This document shows, piece after piece, positions 46,392-54,742 of a DNA stretch of 64,000 bases; position 1 is the first letter of the stretch; each line of letters begins with the position of its first letter. Source of the stretch: Vulcanimicrobiota bacterium (GTDB lineage Bacteria; Vulcanimicrobiota; Vulcanimicrobiia; Vulcanimicrobiales; Vulcanimicrobiaceae); contig CAVVZF010000001.1 in assembly GCA_963752825.1 (NCBI GenBank), positions 930,225 to 994,224 on the forward strand, in the 5' to 3' direction. A program made the translations under genes and the position numbers. The notes under the pieces were generated by a model. It saw nothing but the letters and a program-made list of their open reading frames with translations. It was not told the DNA's origin and ran no database searches.

Positions 46392-48364
46392 CGAACGTTC
46401 GCACGCGAGCGATTCTGACGATTACGGCGCTCGCCGCGACGGCGGCATGCAGCGGCGGCTTCGGCACGCCTAACGGCCCGGTCGTGAACTCTCCGGGGGG
46501 GCCGACGCCGCAACCGCTTCCGCTCGTGAAGGTGGACGTGCACGTGACGATTCCCGGAACGGGGCACGCAAAGGGCGTCCGGCCCGATTACGTCTCACCC
46601 AATACCGAGTCGCTCGTAATCCAGCTCGCGTCTGTGGACGGCCAGGGCGTGAGCGGCGTCAACGCGACGACGATCGAGACGCGCGTACATTCTCACGGCT
46701 GCGCGCCCCAGGGAAGCCAGACCGTCTGCGCGGGAACGGCCCTCGGATCACCGGGCGAGGATGTCTTCTCGCTCACGACCTATGCGGGCCCCAACGCCAC
46801 CGGCGCCGTCTTGTCGGCCGGCACCGTGCAGGCGAAGATCGCGTCCGGCGGCGGCGACGTGCCGATCAACAACCTTACCCTTACCCTCGACGGCGTGATT
46901 GCATCGCTGCGTTTGTCGCTGTCACCCAAAGCGGGCGAGCGCGGCAAGCCGGTGACGGCTGCGGTTTCGCTAACGGCGTTCGACGCCACAGGCGCGCAGA
47001 TCGTCGGTGCTAGTCCTTTTCTTACGCCGATCGCACTAACGGTTCAGGGCGACACGGTGCACGCGTTTCGCCTGCACGCGGGCCGGGAATCGGGCGCTTC
47101 GCTGTCGATCGCGAAGCCGACGTCGGACATCACGCTCAGGTACGACGGCAACCGCCAGGCGTCGCCCGTCACAATCGCCGCAAGCGTATCAGGCTCGATC
47201 GGTGCCAGCGCACACTTTGCGCTGCACGGCAAGGTACCGCCGCCCCCGGTCGGCACGTTCTATGCGTTGAATTTCGGGGCCGGCGACGGGAAAGCAGCGT
47301 CGGTCACCGAGTACGACGGCAAGGCGAAGGGCAACGCCGCTCCTGAGCTCACGCTGTCGCTGAACTCCAAGCTTTATGCTCGGACGATCGCCGTCGATTC
47401 CAGCGGGAATCTGTACGTGGGCTATCTTGATAACAGCCTCGGTTATGATCCCGGAACCGGCGCGCCCGATGCCGGCAACGAGATTGCAATCTACGGACCC
47501 GGTGCCAGCGGAAAGAGCCCGCCGAACGCCGTGCTCAAGGCCGACTCAAAGACGAACACCGCGCTCTTTCCGGTCTTCATCACCTTCGATCCGTCCGGCC
47601 GGCTCGTAACGTACGGCGGTACCAGCGTCGACGGCAATACGGGCGACGCAGTGCTGACGTATCCGGCCGGAAGTTCCGGGCCTGCCGCGCCCGAGTACGC
47701 TTTCGATTTCACAACGAGCCTTGACTACGCGGCCGCCCTCCCGAGCGGGCTCGCCATTGACTCCGCCAACAATTTCTACGTCAACGGTGGGTTGCACACG
47801 CCTCTTGGTAACCAGTATGGATTGTACGTTGCGGCGGCTGCCGATATCGGCAATCCGCAAACCGCGCCCGCACGCACGATTCCATGGGATTCGACCACGC
47901 AACTCGAGCCCGGCTTTACCACGAACGTGAGCCTGGACCGAGCGGGTGAGATCTTCATCGGCACGTGGGTGAAAGAGGGCAGCGGCGGGAGTGCGACCTG
48001 TCAAGCGCGCGTCAACGTCTATGCGGCGGGCGCCGGCGGAGGCATCACCGACGTTCCGCCGCTGCGGATTTTGACGCTCGGCGACGCGTCGACGCGTGGC
48101 AACGACTGCTACGCATCGCGCAATCCACTGCTGGCGTATTTCCCGACGATTCAGATCTACGGATCGTCACTCTTCATCACCGACGATTTCAATAACGCGA
48201 TCGACGGCTACTCCGCTAGCGCACACGGAAGGGTAAAGCCGATGCTTCGCATCGTGGGCTCGGCGACGCAGCTGAATGCCCCGACTGCGCCCGTAGTCAC
48301 TTCGTTTTCCGGGCCGGCCAAGGCCGGCGCGGTTGAGACCACTGATTCACTCGACCATCGATAG
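46388..48364 (+). CDS. Uncharacterised lipoprotein with Ig-like N-terminal region and a propeller-like C-terminal region (operon gene 3)
   Basis: The GTG overlaps the upstream stop (GTGA). Lipobox ALAATAACSGG. C-terminal blade motifs DSSGNLYVGY, DSANNFYVNGG, RAGEIFIGTW, SSLFITDDFNNAIDGY. Confidence 0.7.
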   Translation: MTNVRTRAILTITALAATAACSGGFGTPNGPVVNSPGGPTPQPLPLVKVDVHVTIPGTGHAKGVRPDYVSPNTESLVIQLASVDGQGVSGVNATTIETRVHSHGCAPQGSQTVCAGTALGSPGEDVFSLTTYAGPNATGAVLSAGTVQAKIASGGGDVPINNLTLTLDGVIASLRLSLSPKAGERGKPVTAAVSLTAFDATGAQIVGASPFLTPIALTVQGDTVHAFRLHAGRESGASLSIAKPTSDITLRYDGNRQASPVTIAASVSGSIGASAHFALHGKVPPPPVGTFYALNFGAGDGKAASVTEYDGKAKGNAAPELTLSLNSKLYARTIAVDSSGNLYVGYLDNSLGYDPGTGAPDAGNEIAIYGPGASGKSPPNAVLKADSKTNTALFPVFITFDPSGRLVTYGGTSVDGNTGDAVLTYPAGSSGPAAPEYAFDFTTSLDYAAALPSGLAIDSANNFYVNGGLHTPLGNQYGLYVAAAADIGNPQTAPARTIPWDSTTQLEPGFTTNVSLDRAGEIFIGTWVKEGSGGSATCQARVNVYAAGAGGGITDVPPLRILTLGDASTRGNDCYASRNPLLAYFPTIQIYGSSLFITDDFNNAIDGYSASAHGRVKPMLRIVGSATQLNAPTAPVVTSFSGPAKAGAVETTDSLDHR

Positions 48365-48379
48365 AAGGAACATCGACGT

Positions 48380-49828
48380 ATGAATAAGACTCTCGTGGCT
48401 CTAGCCTTATCGGCGGCCACCGCGGCGCTAGCGCTTAGCGCGTGTAACGGAAGCTCCGGGGCGGGCTCTGGAGTAGCGAGTATACCGAACGCGCCCACTG
48501 GATCGCATCGCGTTCGTGCCAACGACAATGGTCCACAAGATCTCCACGCCGGGGGCGCGACCTTCCCGGCGTACGCTTACAACCTCGGCGATCAGCCGGC
48601 GGGCCTCTATAGCTCGCCTCAGGCAACACCCGGCCCCGGCTCTATTCTCGCGAGCGCCGGTACCGCGGGCGTCGTCTACTACTGCTTGACCGGCAGCGGC
48701 TTCGGTCGCAAACAGTTCACCGGTCAATCGATCACCGCGACCGTCGCCTGCGCGCCGCTCGGCGCATCGCCCACAGGCTTCGGCGGCCGGCGAGATCCGC
48801 TCGACTTCAACGGAAGCGACGTCGCTCTCGCGTCGACCGAGTGCTGCGGGTCGGGCACGCCCTACGCCACCAACCGAGCTTCCACTTTGGGACAACCGTT
48901 CGAGCTCCCGACGATCGGCGGCCCGATCGTCTTCCCATACAACAACAACGGATTCACGGGAATCAAGAGCGGCAAGTTCTTGCGCCTCTCGACCTGGACG
49001 TACTGCGCCATTTCCAACGGCACGATCAGCGACTGGAACGATGGAGCGATCACGGCCGATAACGGCGGCAAGTCGGTTACCGGTGGGTCGAGCGAGACGC
49101 TTCACTACTACTTCCGTTCTGACGGCAGCGGGACGAGCTACCTCTTTACGAATAAGCTCAACACCGCGTGCAACGTCTCGTTCGGCCCGCCATACAACAA
49201 GGCGCCCTACAGCAGTCCGAGCCGCAGCGCAGCTTGGGGGTTCGGCGTAAACCAGACCTGGCCGGGACCCGGCTCGTCAGGCGACCCCAACTCGCGGTTT
49301 ATCGGTGAGAGCGGCAATCCCGGCGTCGTCGCAGGAATCCAAGGCGACGAGTGGGGCACCGGCTACGCCGAAGGCGCCTGGGTGAAGTCGGCGCCTGCGG
49401 GCACCTACGGCACTCTCGAACAGTCGAGCGTGCTCGACACCAGCAACACGATTTTCGTGAGTCCAACCAACAAGACCGCTGTCGCTGGTGCGCTTGCGAA
49501 CGCCAAAACGATCACCTACGGGATGGGCAGCGACGGCATTACCCTCGGCTCGAGCACGCCGTGGTGCCAGCTCTATATCGACCCGAGCCAGTTCGTCACG
49601 CCGCCGAAGGGCACGTATCCAATCGTCGGCTTGAGCTACTGGCTCTTCTACGGGAAAAACCTGGGCGTCCATGTATTGCAAAAGCAGAAGCTGATCAAAT
49701 TCGTCGTATCGAAGACGGCCAATGGGCTACTTGGTCCGCTAGAATACTCACCGCTCAACTACACCGTTCACCAGGCGGTTCTCCACGCACTCCGCGGCAA
49801 GGCATCTCAGCCGGCTTGCCTCCAGTAG
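48380..49828 (+). CDS. PstS-family (type 2 periplasmic binding protein) phosphate-binding-like lipoprotein (operon gene 4)
   Basis: Lipobox ALALSACNG. PstS-like blocks: GGATFPAYAY, CLTGSGFGRKQF, DFNGSDVAL, GTISDWNDGAITADNGG, HYYFRSDGSGTSYLFTNKL. Confidence 0.75.
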   Translation: MNKTLVALALSAATAALALSACNGSSGAGSGVASIPNAPTGSHRVRANDNGPQDLHAGGATFPAYAYNLGDQPAGLYSSPQATPGPGSILASAGTAGVVYYCLTGSGFGRKQFTGQSITATVACAPLGASPTGFGGRRDPLDFNGSDVALASTECCGSGTPYATNRASTLGQPFELPTIGGPIVFPYNNNGFTGIKSGKFLRLSTWTYCAISNGTISDWNDGAITADNGGKSVTGGSSETLHYYFRSDGSGTSYLFTNKLNTACNVSFGPPYNKAPYSSPSRSAAWGFGVNQTWPGPGSSGDPNSRFIGESGNPGVVAGIQGDEWGTGYAEGAWVKSAPAGTYGTLEQSSVLDTSNTIFVSPTNKTAVAGALANAKTITYGMGSDGITLGSSTPWCQLYIDPSQFVTPPKGTYPIVGLSYWLFYGKNLGVHVLQKQKLIKFVVSKTANGLLGPLEYSPLNYTVHQAVLHALRGKASQPACLQ

Positions 49829-49844
49829 CATACCCTGACAATGC

Positions 49845-49873
49845 GTACGCGCGCCGCGATGCGGCGCGCGTAC
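49845..49873 (+). promoter_or_regulatory. Strong intercistronic stem-loop after the PstS-like gene
   Basis: Perfect 13-bp GC-rich stem gtacgcgcgccgc / gcggcgcgcgtac with a 3-nt loop (gat). No U-tract follows, and it ends 11 nt before the next start codon. Confidence 0.6.
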
Positions 49874-49884
49874 CTCTTCACCGT

Positions 49885-50640
49885 ATGAATTGTTTTGCAC
49901 GATTTGTTCTCCTCGCTTCCAGCTGCGTATTTGCAATTACGGGGTGCGGCGGGTCGAGTTCGTCGTCGAGCGCAACGCCGCCGCAGGCCGCTTTCGCGCG
50001 CGTGCGCTTCGCCGACGGGGCGCCTTCGCTGGAAACGCTCATCAACGGCGTGCCGCAAGATATCGGGCTGGCCTACCTGCAGCTCGATCATTCGACCGTA
50101 ATGTCGCTCTTTGTATACGGCGCGTTCTCGCCGTTCATGCAAGTAGCGCCGGGGACGCATTCGCTGACGGCGCGCGACGAGCTGGGGTATGCGGTTGGTC
50201 CGCTCAAAGCCCCGTCGCTGAGCCCGGGAATGTACTACACGCTAATCGTCGTCGGCGCGTATCCCACGTACAGCGTGCTGGCGTTTCCAGAGCCGACAAG
50301 GCCGAGCGGCGCCGCGATGTCATTCTACGAGGCATCTCCGGCCGTTCCATCGTCGGACTTCGGAAGCTTCAGCGCGTCGATGCACGCGAATTTCAAGAAG
50401 CTCGGCAGCGCGCAGCTCGGGAACGTCGCCACGGTTCCGCTCGGGAACAGCGTGTCAAACCTCGGGGGATATGTCGGGAACGCGAGCGCGCCGCTCGGCA
50501 CGCTGACATTGCGCCAGATCAATCCATTCGATAAACGCAACGTGTTGCCGTTTCACCGCGCGGCGCGGCTGTCGCTCTTCCTGTTCGATCCGAAGTCCGG
50601 CAGCACGAGCGGACCCCTCTTCGGGAGCCTCGATCGATGA
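49885..50640 (+). CDS. DUF4397-like lipoprotein (operon gene 5)
   Basis: ATG at 49885 within ORF 49351..50640. Lipobox VFAITGCGG. ARVRFADGAPSLETLINGVP...MQVAPGTHSLTARDE...MYYTLIVVGAYP resembles DUF4397. Confidence 0.7.
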   Translation: MNCFARFVLLASSCVFAITGCGGSSSSSSATPPQAAFARVRFADGAPSLETLINGVPQDIGLAYLQLDHSTVMSLFVYGAFSPFMQVAPGTHSLTARDELGYAVGPLKAPSLSPGMYYTLIVVGAYPTYSVLAFPEPTRPSGAAMSFYEASPAVPSSDFGSFSASMHANFKKLGSAQLGNVATVPLGNSVSNLGGYVGNASAPLGTLTLRQINPFDKRNVLPFHRAARLSLFLFDPKSGSTSGPLFGSLDR

Positions 50641-51716
50641 AAATTTCCTCGTGCTTCGCGATACTCGTCGCGCTGGCCGGCGCCGTGGCGGTGATCTCCG
50701 GCTGCGGGACGACGGGTCCGGCGCCGATCGGCGTCTCGAATCCGCCGCAGCCCACCGCTACGCCCGCCGCGCGGTGGCTCTACGTCGATCACAACGGGAC
50801 GTTCTTCGCGTACGCGCTTCCGCTGACGGCGCAGTCGAAGCCGGTGCGTACGCTCCAAGAATGGCCGGGCCTTGGTCTTGCGCCGCAGATCGCCGTGGAT
50901 CCGTACGGTGAGGTCGCGCTCGCGAGCCCGACGACGATCCGGATCTTTCATCCTCCGATCGAATCGTTCGCGCGCTCGCACGCCAAACTCAGCATTCCGC
51001 TCACGCCGGCGATCACCGAGATCGGGCTCTCCGGCGCCGACCTCGTCGACATCGAGTACGATCCCAACCAAAACCTGTGGCTGCTCAACAACCTTGGCGG
51101 CGAGGTATCCGAGCTTCAGGCGCCCCTGACGAAGACGATGGTGGCCTCCGTCATTATCATTTTCGGCGCTCCAGGCTCGAAGACGGCAGGCTTCTCGACC
51201 CTGATCCAGGCGCGCTTCGACGTCAACGCCGCGTTGTACGTCTATGCGAGTTCGTCGCAGCGCGCTCGCGTCTTCAAGACGGGCCTTCCTTACGCCAAAC
51301 CGCCCAGCTCGATCGGTTTGAACCTGGCGCAGGCCGACTTCGTCGATTCGAGCCAGTGGCCGCCGACGGCGCCGCAGCAGCCGTCGCTGCTTCTGGGGCA
51401 GTACTTCGGGCCGCTGCACTCGCCGCATCCGGGTTCGCCGCCGTCGCCGCCGGTCGATGTGATGAGCCAGTTCCAAGAACCGCTCAACCAGCAGAACCGC
51501 GGACTCTTTCCGGACGAGTTCGCCAACACGATCGTCGGAGCGCTGATAGCGGATCCTCCGCGCGGGGTCTTCTATACGCTGGACGCGGTCGACGGCCGCC
51601 TCGACGTCTACGGGTTGCCGATGCGCAGCCATGCGAAGCCGGCGATCTCCCTGCGCTGCCTCGCGCAGGGGGGAAGCTGCAGCCAGAAGATCGAGCACCT
51701 CTTCTTGGCGCCTTAA
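50637..51716 (+). CDS. Uncharacterised propeller-like lipoprotein (operon gene 6)
   Basis: ATGA overlap with the upstream stop. Lipobox VAVISGCGT. Motifs IAVDPYGEVALASP, EYDPNQNLWLLNN. Confidence 0.7.
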   Translation: MKISSCFAILVALAGAVAVISGCGTTGPAPIGVSNPPQPTATPAARWLYVDHNGTFFAYALPLTAQSKPVRTLQEWPGLGLAPQIAVDPYGEVALASPTTIRIFHPPIESFARSHAKLSIPLTPAITEIGLSGADLVDIEYDPNQNLWLLNNLGGEVSELQAPLTKTMVASVIIIFGAPGSKTAGFSTLIQARFDVNAALYVYASSSQRARVFKTGLPYAKPPSSIGLNLAQADFVDSSQWPPTAPQQPSLLLGQYFGPLHSPHPGSPPSPPVDVMSQFQEPLNQQNRGLFPDEFANTIVGALIADPPRGVFYTLDAVDGRLDVYGLPMRSHAKPAISLRCLAQGGSCSQKIEHLFLAP

Positions 51717-51752
51717 CCAGCGCCGCGCGCCGGCGCGTCGAAACAAAGCGGC

Positions 51753-52748
51753 GTGCGCGCGATGACGCTCGAGCGGCCGGCCGCGATCGAAACCGATCCG
51801 CTACGGCTAACGAACAAACCGAAACCGGCGCCAGCGCCGGGTGAAATTCTCGTGCGCGTCAGCGCGTGCGGCGTCTGCCGGACGGACCTGCACGTCGCCG
51901 AGGGCGACCTCGCGCCCAAGCACCCAGGCATCGTCCCCGGCCACGAGATCGTGGGCGCCGTCGCGCTGGCCGGTCCCGGGAGCGAGCGATTCGCCGCCGG
52001 AACGCGCGTCGGCATCGCGTGGCTCCGCTACACCGACGGCACGTGCGACTACTGCCGCAGCGGACGCGAGAATCTCTGTCCCAACGCGCTCTTCACCGGC
52101 TGGGATCGCGACGGCGGCTACGCCGAGTACGCGGTGGTGCGGGAAGACTTTGCCTACCGGCTGCCCGACGCGATAGACGACGAGCACGCCGCGCCGCTGC
52201 TGTGCGCCGGCATCATCGGCTTTCGCGCCATCAAGCGCGCCGGGGTCGTGCCCAGCGCCACCGTGGGGCTCTACGGGTTCGGCGGCTCGGCCCATCTGGC
52301 GCTCCAGGTGCTGCGGCACTGGAACTGCCGTGTGTTCGTCATGAGCCGCGGCGGCATCCACCGCGACCTCGCGCGGGAGCTCGGAGCGGATTGGATCGGT
52401 GACGCGTCGGATGCGCCGCCGGCAAAGCTCGACGCCGCGATCCTGTTCGCGCCTGCCGGCGACCTCGTGCCGCCCATCTTGGCGGCGCTGCGCCGCGGCG
52501 GCGTGCTGGCGATCGCGGGAATCCATCTCACGCAGATCCCGCCCCTCGACTACGACACGCTCTTCGACGAGCGCGAGATCCGCAGCGTCACCGCCAACAC
52601 GCGCGCGGACGGCGAGGAGTTCCTCGCTATCGCCGGCGCGATACCGATCGAATCTTCGACGGTGGGAATGCGCTTGGAAGACGCGAACCGCGCACTGAAC
52701 ATGCTGAAACACGACGAGCTGCGCGGCGCCGCCGTGCTGCACGTATGA
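51753..52748 (+). CDS. Zinc-dependent alcohol dehydrogenase (MDR family)
   Basis: CGVCRTDLHVAEGD, GHEIVG, structural-Zn cluster CDYCRSGRENLC, and nucleotide-binding GLYGFGGSAH. The start is either the GTG at 51753 or the ATG at 51762. Confidence 0.85.
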   Translation: MRAMTLERPAAIETDPLRLTNKPKPAPAPGEILVRVSACGVCRTDLHVAEGDLAPKHPGIVPGHEIVGAVALAGPGSERFAAGTRVGIAWLRYTDGTCDYCRSGRENLCPNALFTGWDRDGGYAEYAVVREDFAYRLPDAIDDEHAAPLLCAGIIGFRAIKRAGVVPSATVGLYGFGGSAHLALQVLRHWNCRVFVMSRGGIHRDLARELGADWIGDASDAPPAKLDAAILFAPAGDLVPPILAALRRGGVLAIAGIHLTQIPPLDYDTLFDEREIRSVTANTRADGEEFLAIAGAIPIESSTVGMRLEDANRALNMLKHDELRGAAVLHV

Positions 52749-53425
52749 ATCGCATCGTTTGCGCGGCCGCGATCGTTGGGCTAGCCGGATGCAGCGGGGC
52801 GTTCGGCGAGCGCGCGCGCGAAGATTTTCATGCGACGATCGAGGCGGGCGCGGGCGCGACGGTGCACGTCGACAACATCGCCGGCAGCGTCAACGTCGAT
52901 GCATGGGCAAAGCCGAGCGTCGACGTTCGCGCGACGAAGTACGGCAACGACGCGGCGGAGCTGCGTTCGGTGAAGATCGACGTACGCGGCGAGGGCAAGG
53001 ACGTCTTCGTCAAGACGAATTACACGGGGCTGCGGCACGGCACCGTGCGTTACCGGATCACGGTTCCGGCCGACGCGTCCCTGGATATCTCGAACGTCGC
53101 CGGGGCAGTGAACCTCGCGGGCACCAGCGCCGACGTCACGGTGGAGACGCAGGCCGGGGCGATCACCGCGGACGTCGGGCGAGTCTCGGGAAACCGCTCG
53201 ATCGATCTGCGCGCTACGACCGGCGCCGTCGAGGTCTCGATCGCTCCGAACAGCGATGCCTCGATCGAGGCGTCGAGCACCGTCGGGGACATCACGAGCC
53301 GCATTCCGGGCGTCGCGGCGAGCCGCGAAAACCTCGTCGGCGCCCGCGCGAGCGGGCTGATCGGATCGGGGAGCGGCCGGGTCCGCGTCGGCACCACGAC
53401 CGGCGCAATCGCCCTGCGATTCTAA
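52745..53425 (+). CDS. DUF4097-like beta-strand-repeat lipoprotein
   Basis: ATGA overlap with the ADH gene's stop. Lipobox IVGLAGCSG. Repeated V-x-N-[IV]-AG-[SA]-VN and TTGA[IV] units. Confidence 0.65.
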   Translation: MNRIVCAAAIVGLAGCSGAFGERAREDFHATIEAGAGATVHVDNIAGSVNVDAWAKPSVDVRATKYGNDAAELRSVKIDVRGEGKDVFVKTNYTGLRHGTVRYRITVPADASLDISNVAGAVNLAGTSADVTVETQAGAITADVGRVSGNRSIDLRATTGAVEVSIAPNSDASIEASSTVGDITSRIPGVAASRENLVGARASGLIGSGSGRVRVGTTTGAIALRF

Positions 53426-53482
53426 CTCAACGTATTTGGGGCGTTGACGCGTTAACGCCGCGATCTTTGCGATAATGGCGGC

Positions 53483-54529
53483 ATGAAGGCTTCAACCGTG
53501 TTAACCACGGCTGCCGTCGCGTTTCTCGCGGCGTGTTCCGGCAGCGCGAGATCCCCCCAGGCGCTCTACGCCCTCCCCGCCGTCAACGAAGCCCCGCAAC
53601 GGTCGGACTTTGCGACCGTCGTACCGCCGCAACTGCGCCCCATCGGCGGCGCCGCGGCGTTGCCGTTGACGCTCGAACCGAACGCGAAGAGCGCCGGGGG
53701 AATCTACGCCAGCGAGGTCTACGCGACCGACATCTGGGGATTTGCGGCGAAGAACAACCACAATCGCAAGGCGAAGTGCGTCGTCACGCACGTCCAGGGC
53801 GCCAACGGCATCGCGGTCGACCTCAGCGGCAACCTGATCGATCCCGACGGCGGCACCGACACGGTCATCGTCTTCAAGGGTCCGAAGATGTGCGGACCCA
53901 AGCTCGGTTCGGTCAAGGACCCGTACGGGCAGCCGTCGGACGCGGCGAGCGCAGACGCCGCCAACGGAACGATCGTCATCGCCAACATCTTCGACAACAA
54001 CAAGACTCCGGGAAGCGTCTCGAAATGCACGCTCGCTCACGGTTGCAAGACCAACCTACACAGCCCGAACATGGATGAGGTCGCGGGCGTAGCGCTCGCG
54101 AAGAACGGCGACTGCTGGGCGTCGGCGACCGATTCGAATGGCGCGGCGACGCTGACATACTTTGCGGGCTGCGCGGGCCGCGGCAAAAAGGCGACCGGCT
54201 ACCTCAACGCCTACTACGGCGGCCTCGACATCGACGAGCACGGGAACCTCGTTTCGCTCAGCTACCAAGACGCGAAGCTCTACGTCTACAAGGGCTGCAA
54301 TCCAAAGTGTGGGCTGGTCGGCGGACCCTTCAGGATGAAGGGCGAGGCCACGTTTGGGCACCTGAACGCCACCTCGACCAAGCTGGTCACCGGCGACTTC
54401 CAATACGGCCGAATCGACGTTTACAGTTACAAGCCCGCGAAGGTCCGCTTCGCGTACAGCTTCAACCGGGGCTTCAGCCCCAGCGAGGTCGTCGAGGGAG
54501 CCGCGTTCAACCCGCGATCGACCGAATAG
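53483..54529 (+). CDS. Cys-rich beta-propeller-like lipoprotein, 'family B' copy 1
   Basis: Lipobox VAFLAACSG. Shares blocks with the two downstream genes: GIAVDLSGNLI, KGPKMCGP, DPYGQPSDAA, VAGVALAKNGDCWA, TYFAGCAG, YYGGLDIDEHGNLVS, VYKGCNPKC, DVYSYKP, YSFNRG. Confidence 0.75.
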   Translation: MKASTVLTTAAVAFLAACSGSARSPQALYALPAVNEAPQRSDFATVVPPQLRPIGGAAALPLTLEPNAKSAGGIYASEVYATDIWGFAAKNNHNRKAKCVVTHVQGANGIAVDLSGNLIDPDGGTDTVIVFKGPKMCGPKLGSVKDPYGQPSDAASADAANGTIVIANIFDNNKTPGSVSKCTLAHGCKTNLHSPNMDEVAGVALAKNGDCWASATDSNGAATLTYFAGCAGRGKKATGYLNAYYGGLDIDEHGNLVSLSYQDAKLYVYKGCNPKCGLVGGPFRMKGEATFGHLNATSTKLVTGDFQYGRIDVYSYKPAKVRFAYSFNRGFSPSEVVEGAAFNPRSTE

Positions 54530-54742
54530 GGCCACCAAAAAGGCCAAAAAAATTGACGGGGATGCAGGATTCCGGCACCTTGGACCAAAGGACAGACCTC
54601 CCTAGGTCTGGACGGAGTTTTGCGGATGCCCCAACCACTGGAGTGCACCTCGGTTCAATTACCGGACGTCCGCTTGACCGCCGCGGCGGAAGCTCTCGAC
54701 GGCCTAGCACTTCCCTAACTACAAGTAAGGAGAATTCTCCCT

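Noticed and set aside
53426-53482. TTGACG hexamers at about 53441 and about 54565 as sigma-70 -35 boxes.
   Set aside because: I could not find a TATAAT-like -10 element at 16-19 nt spacing in either case. The nearest, GATAAT near 53470, is about 21 nt away and only 8 nt from the start codon.
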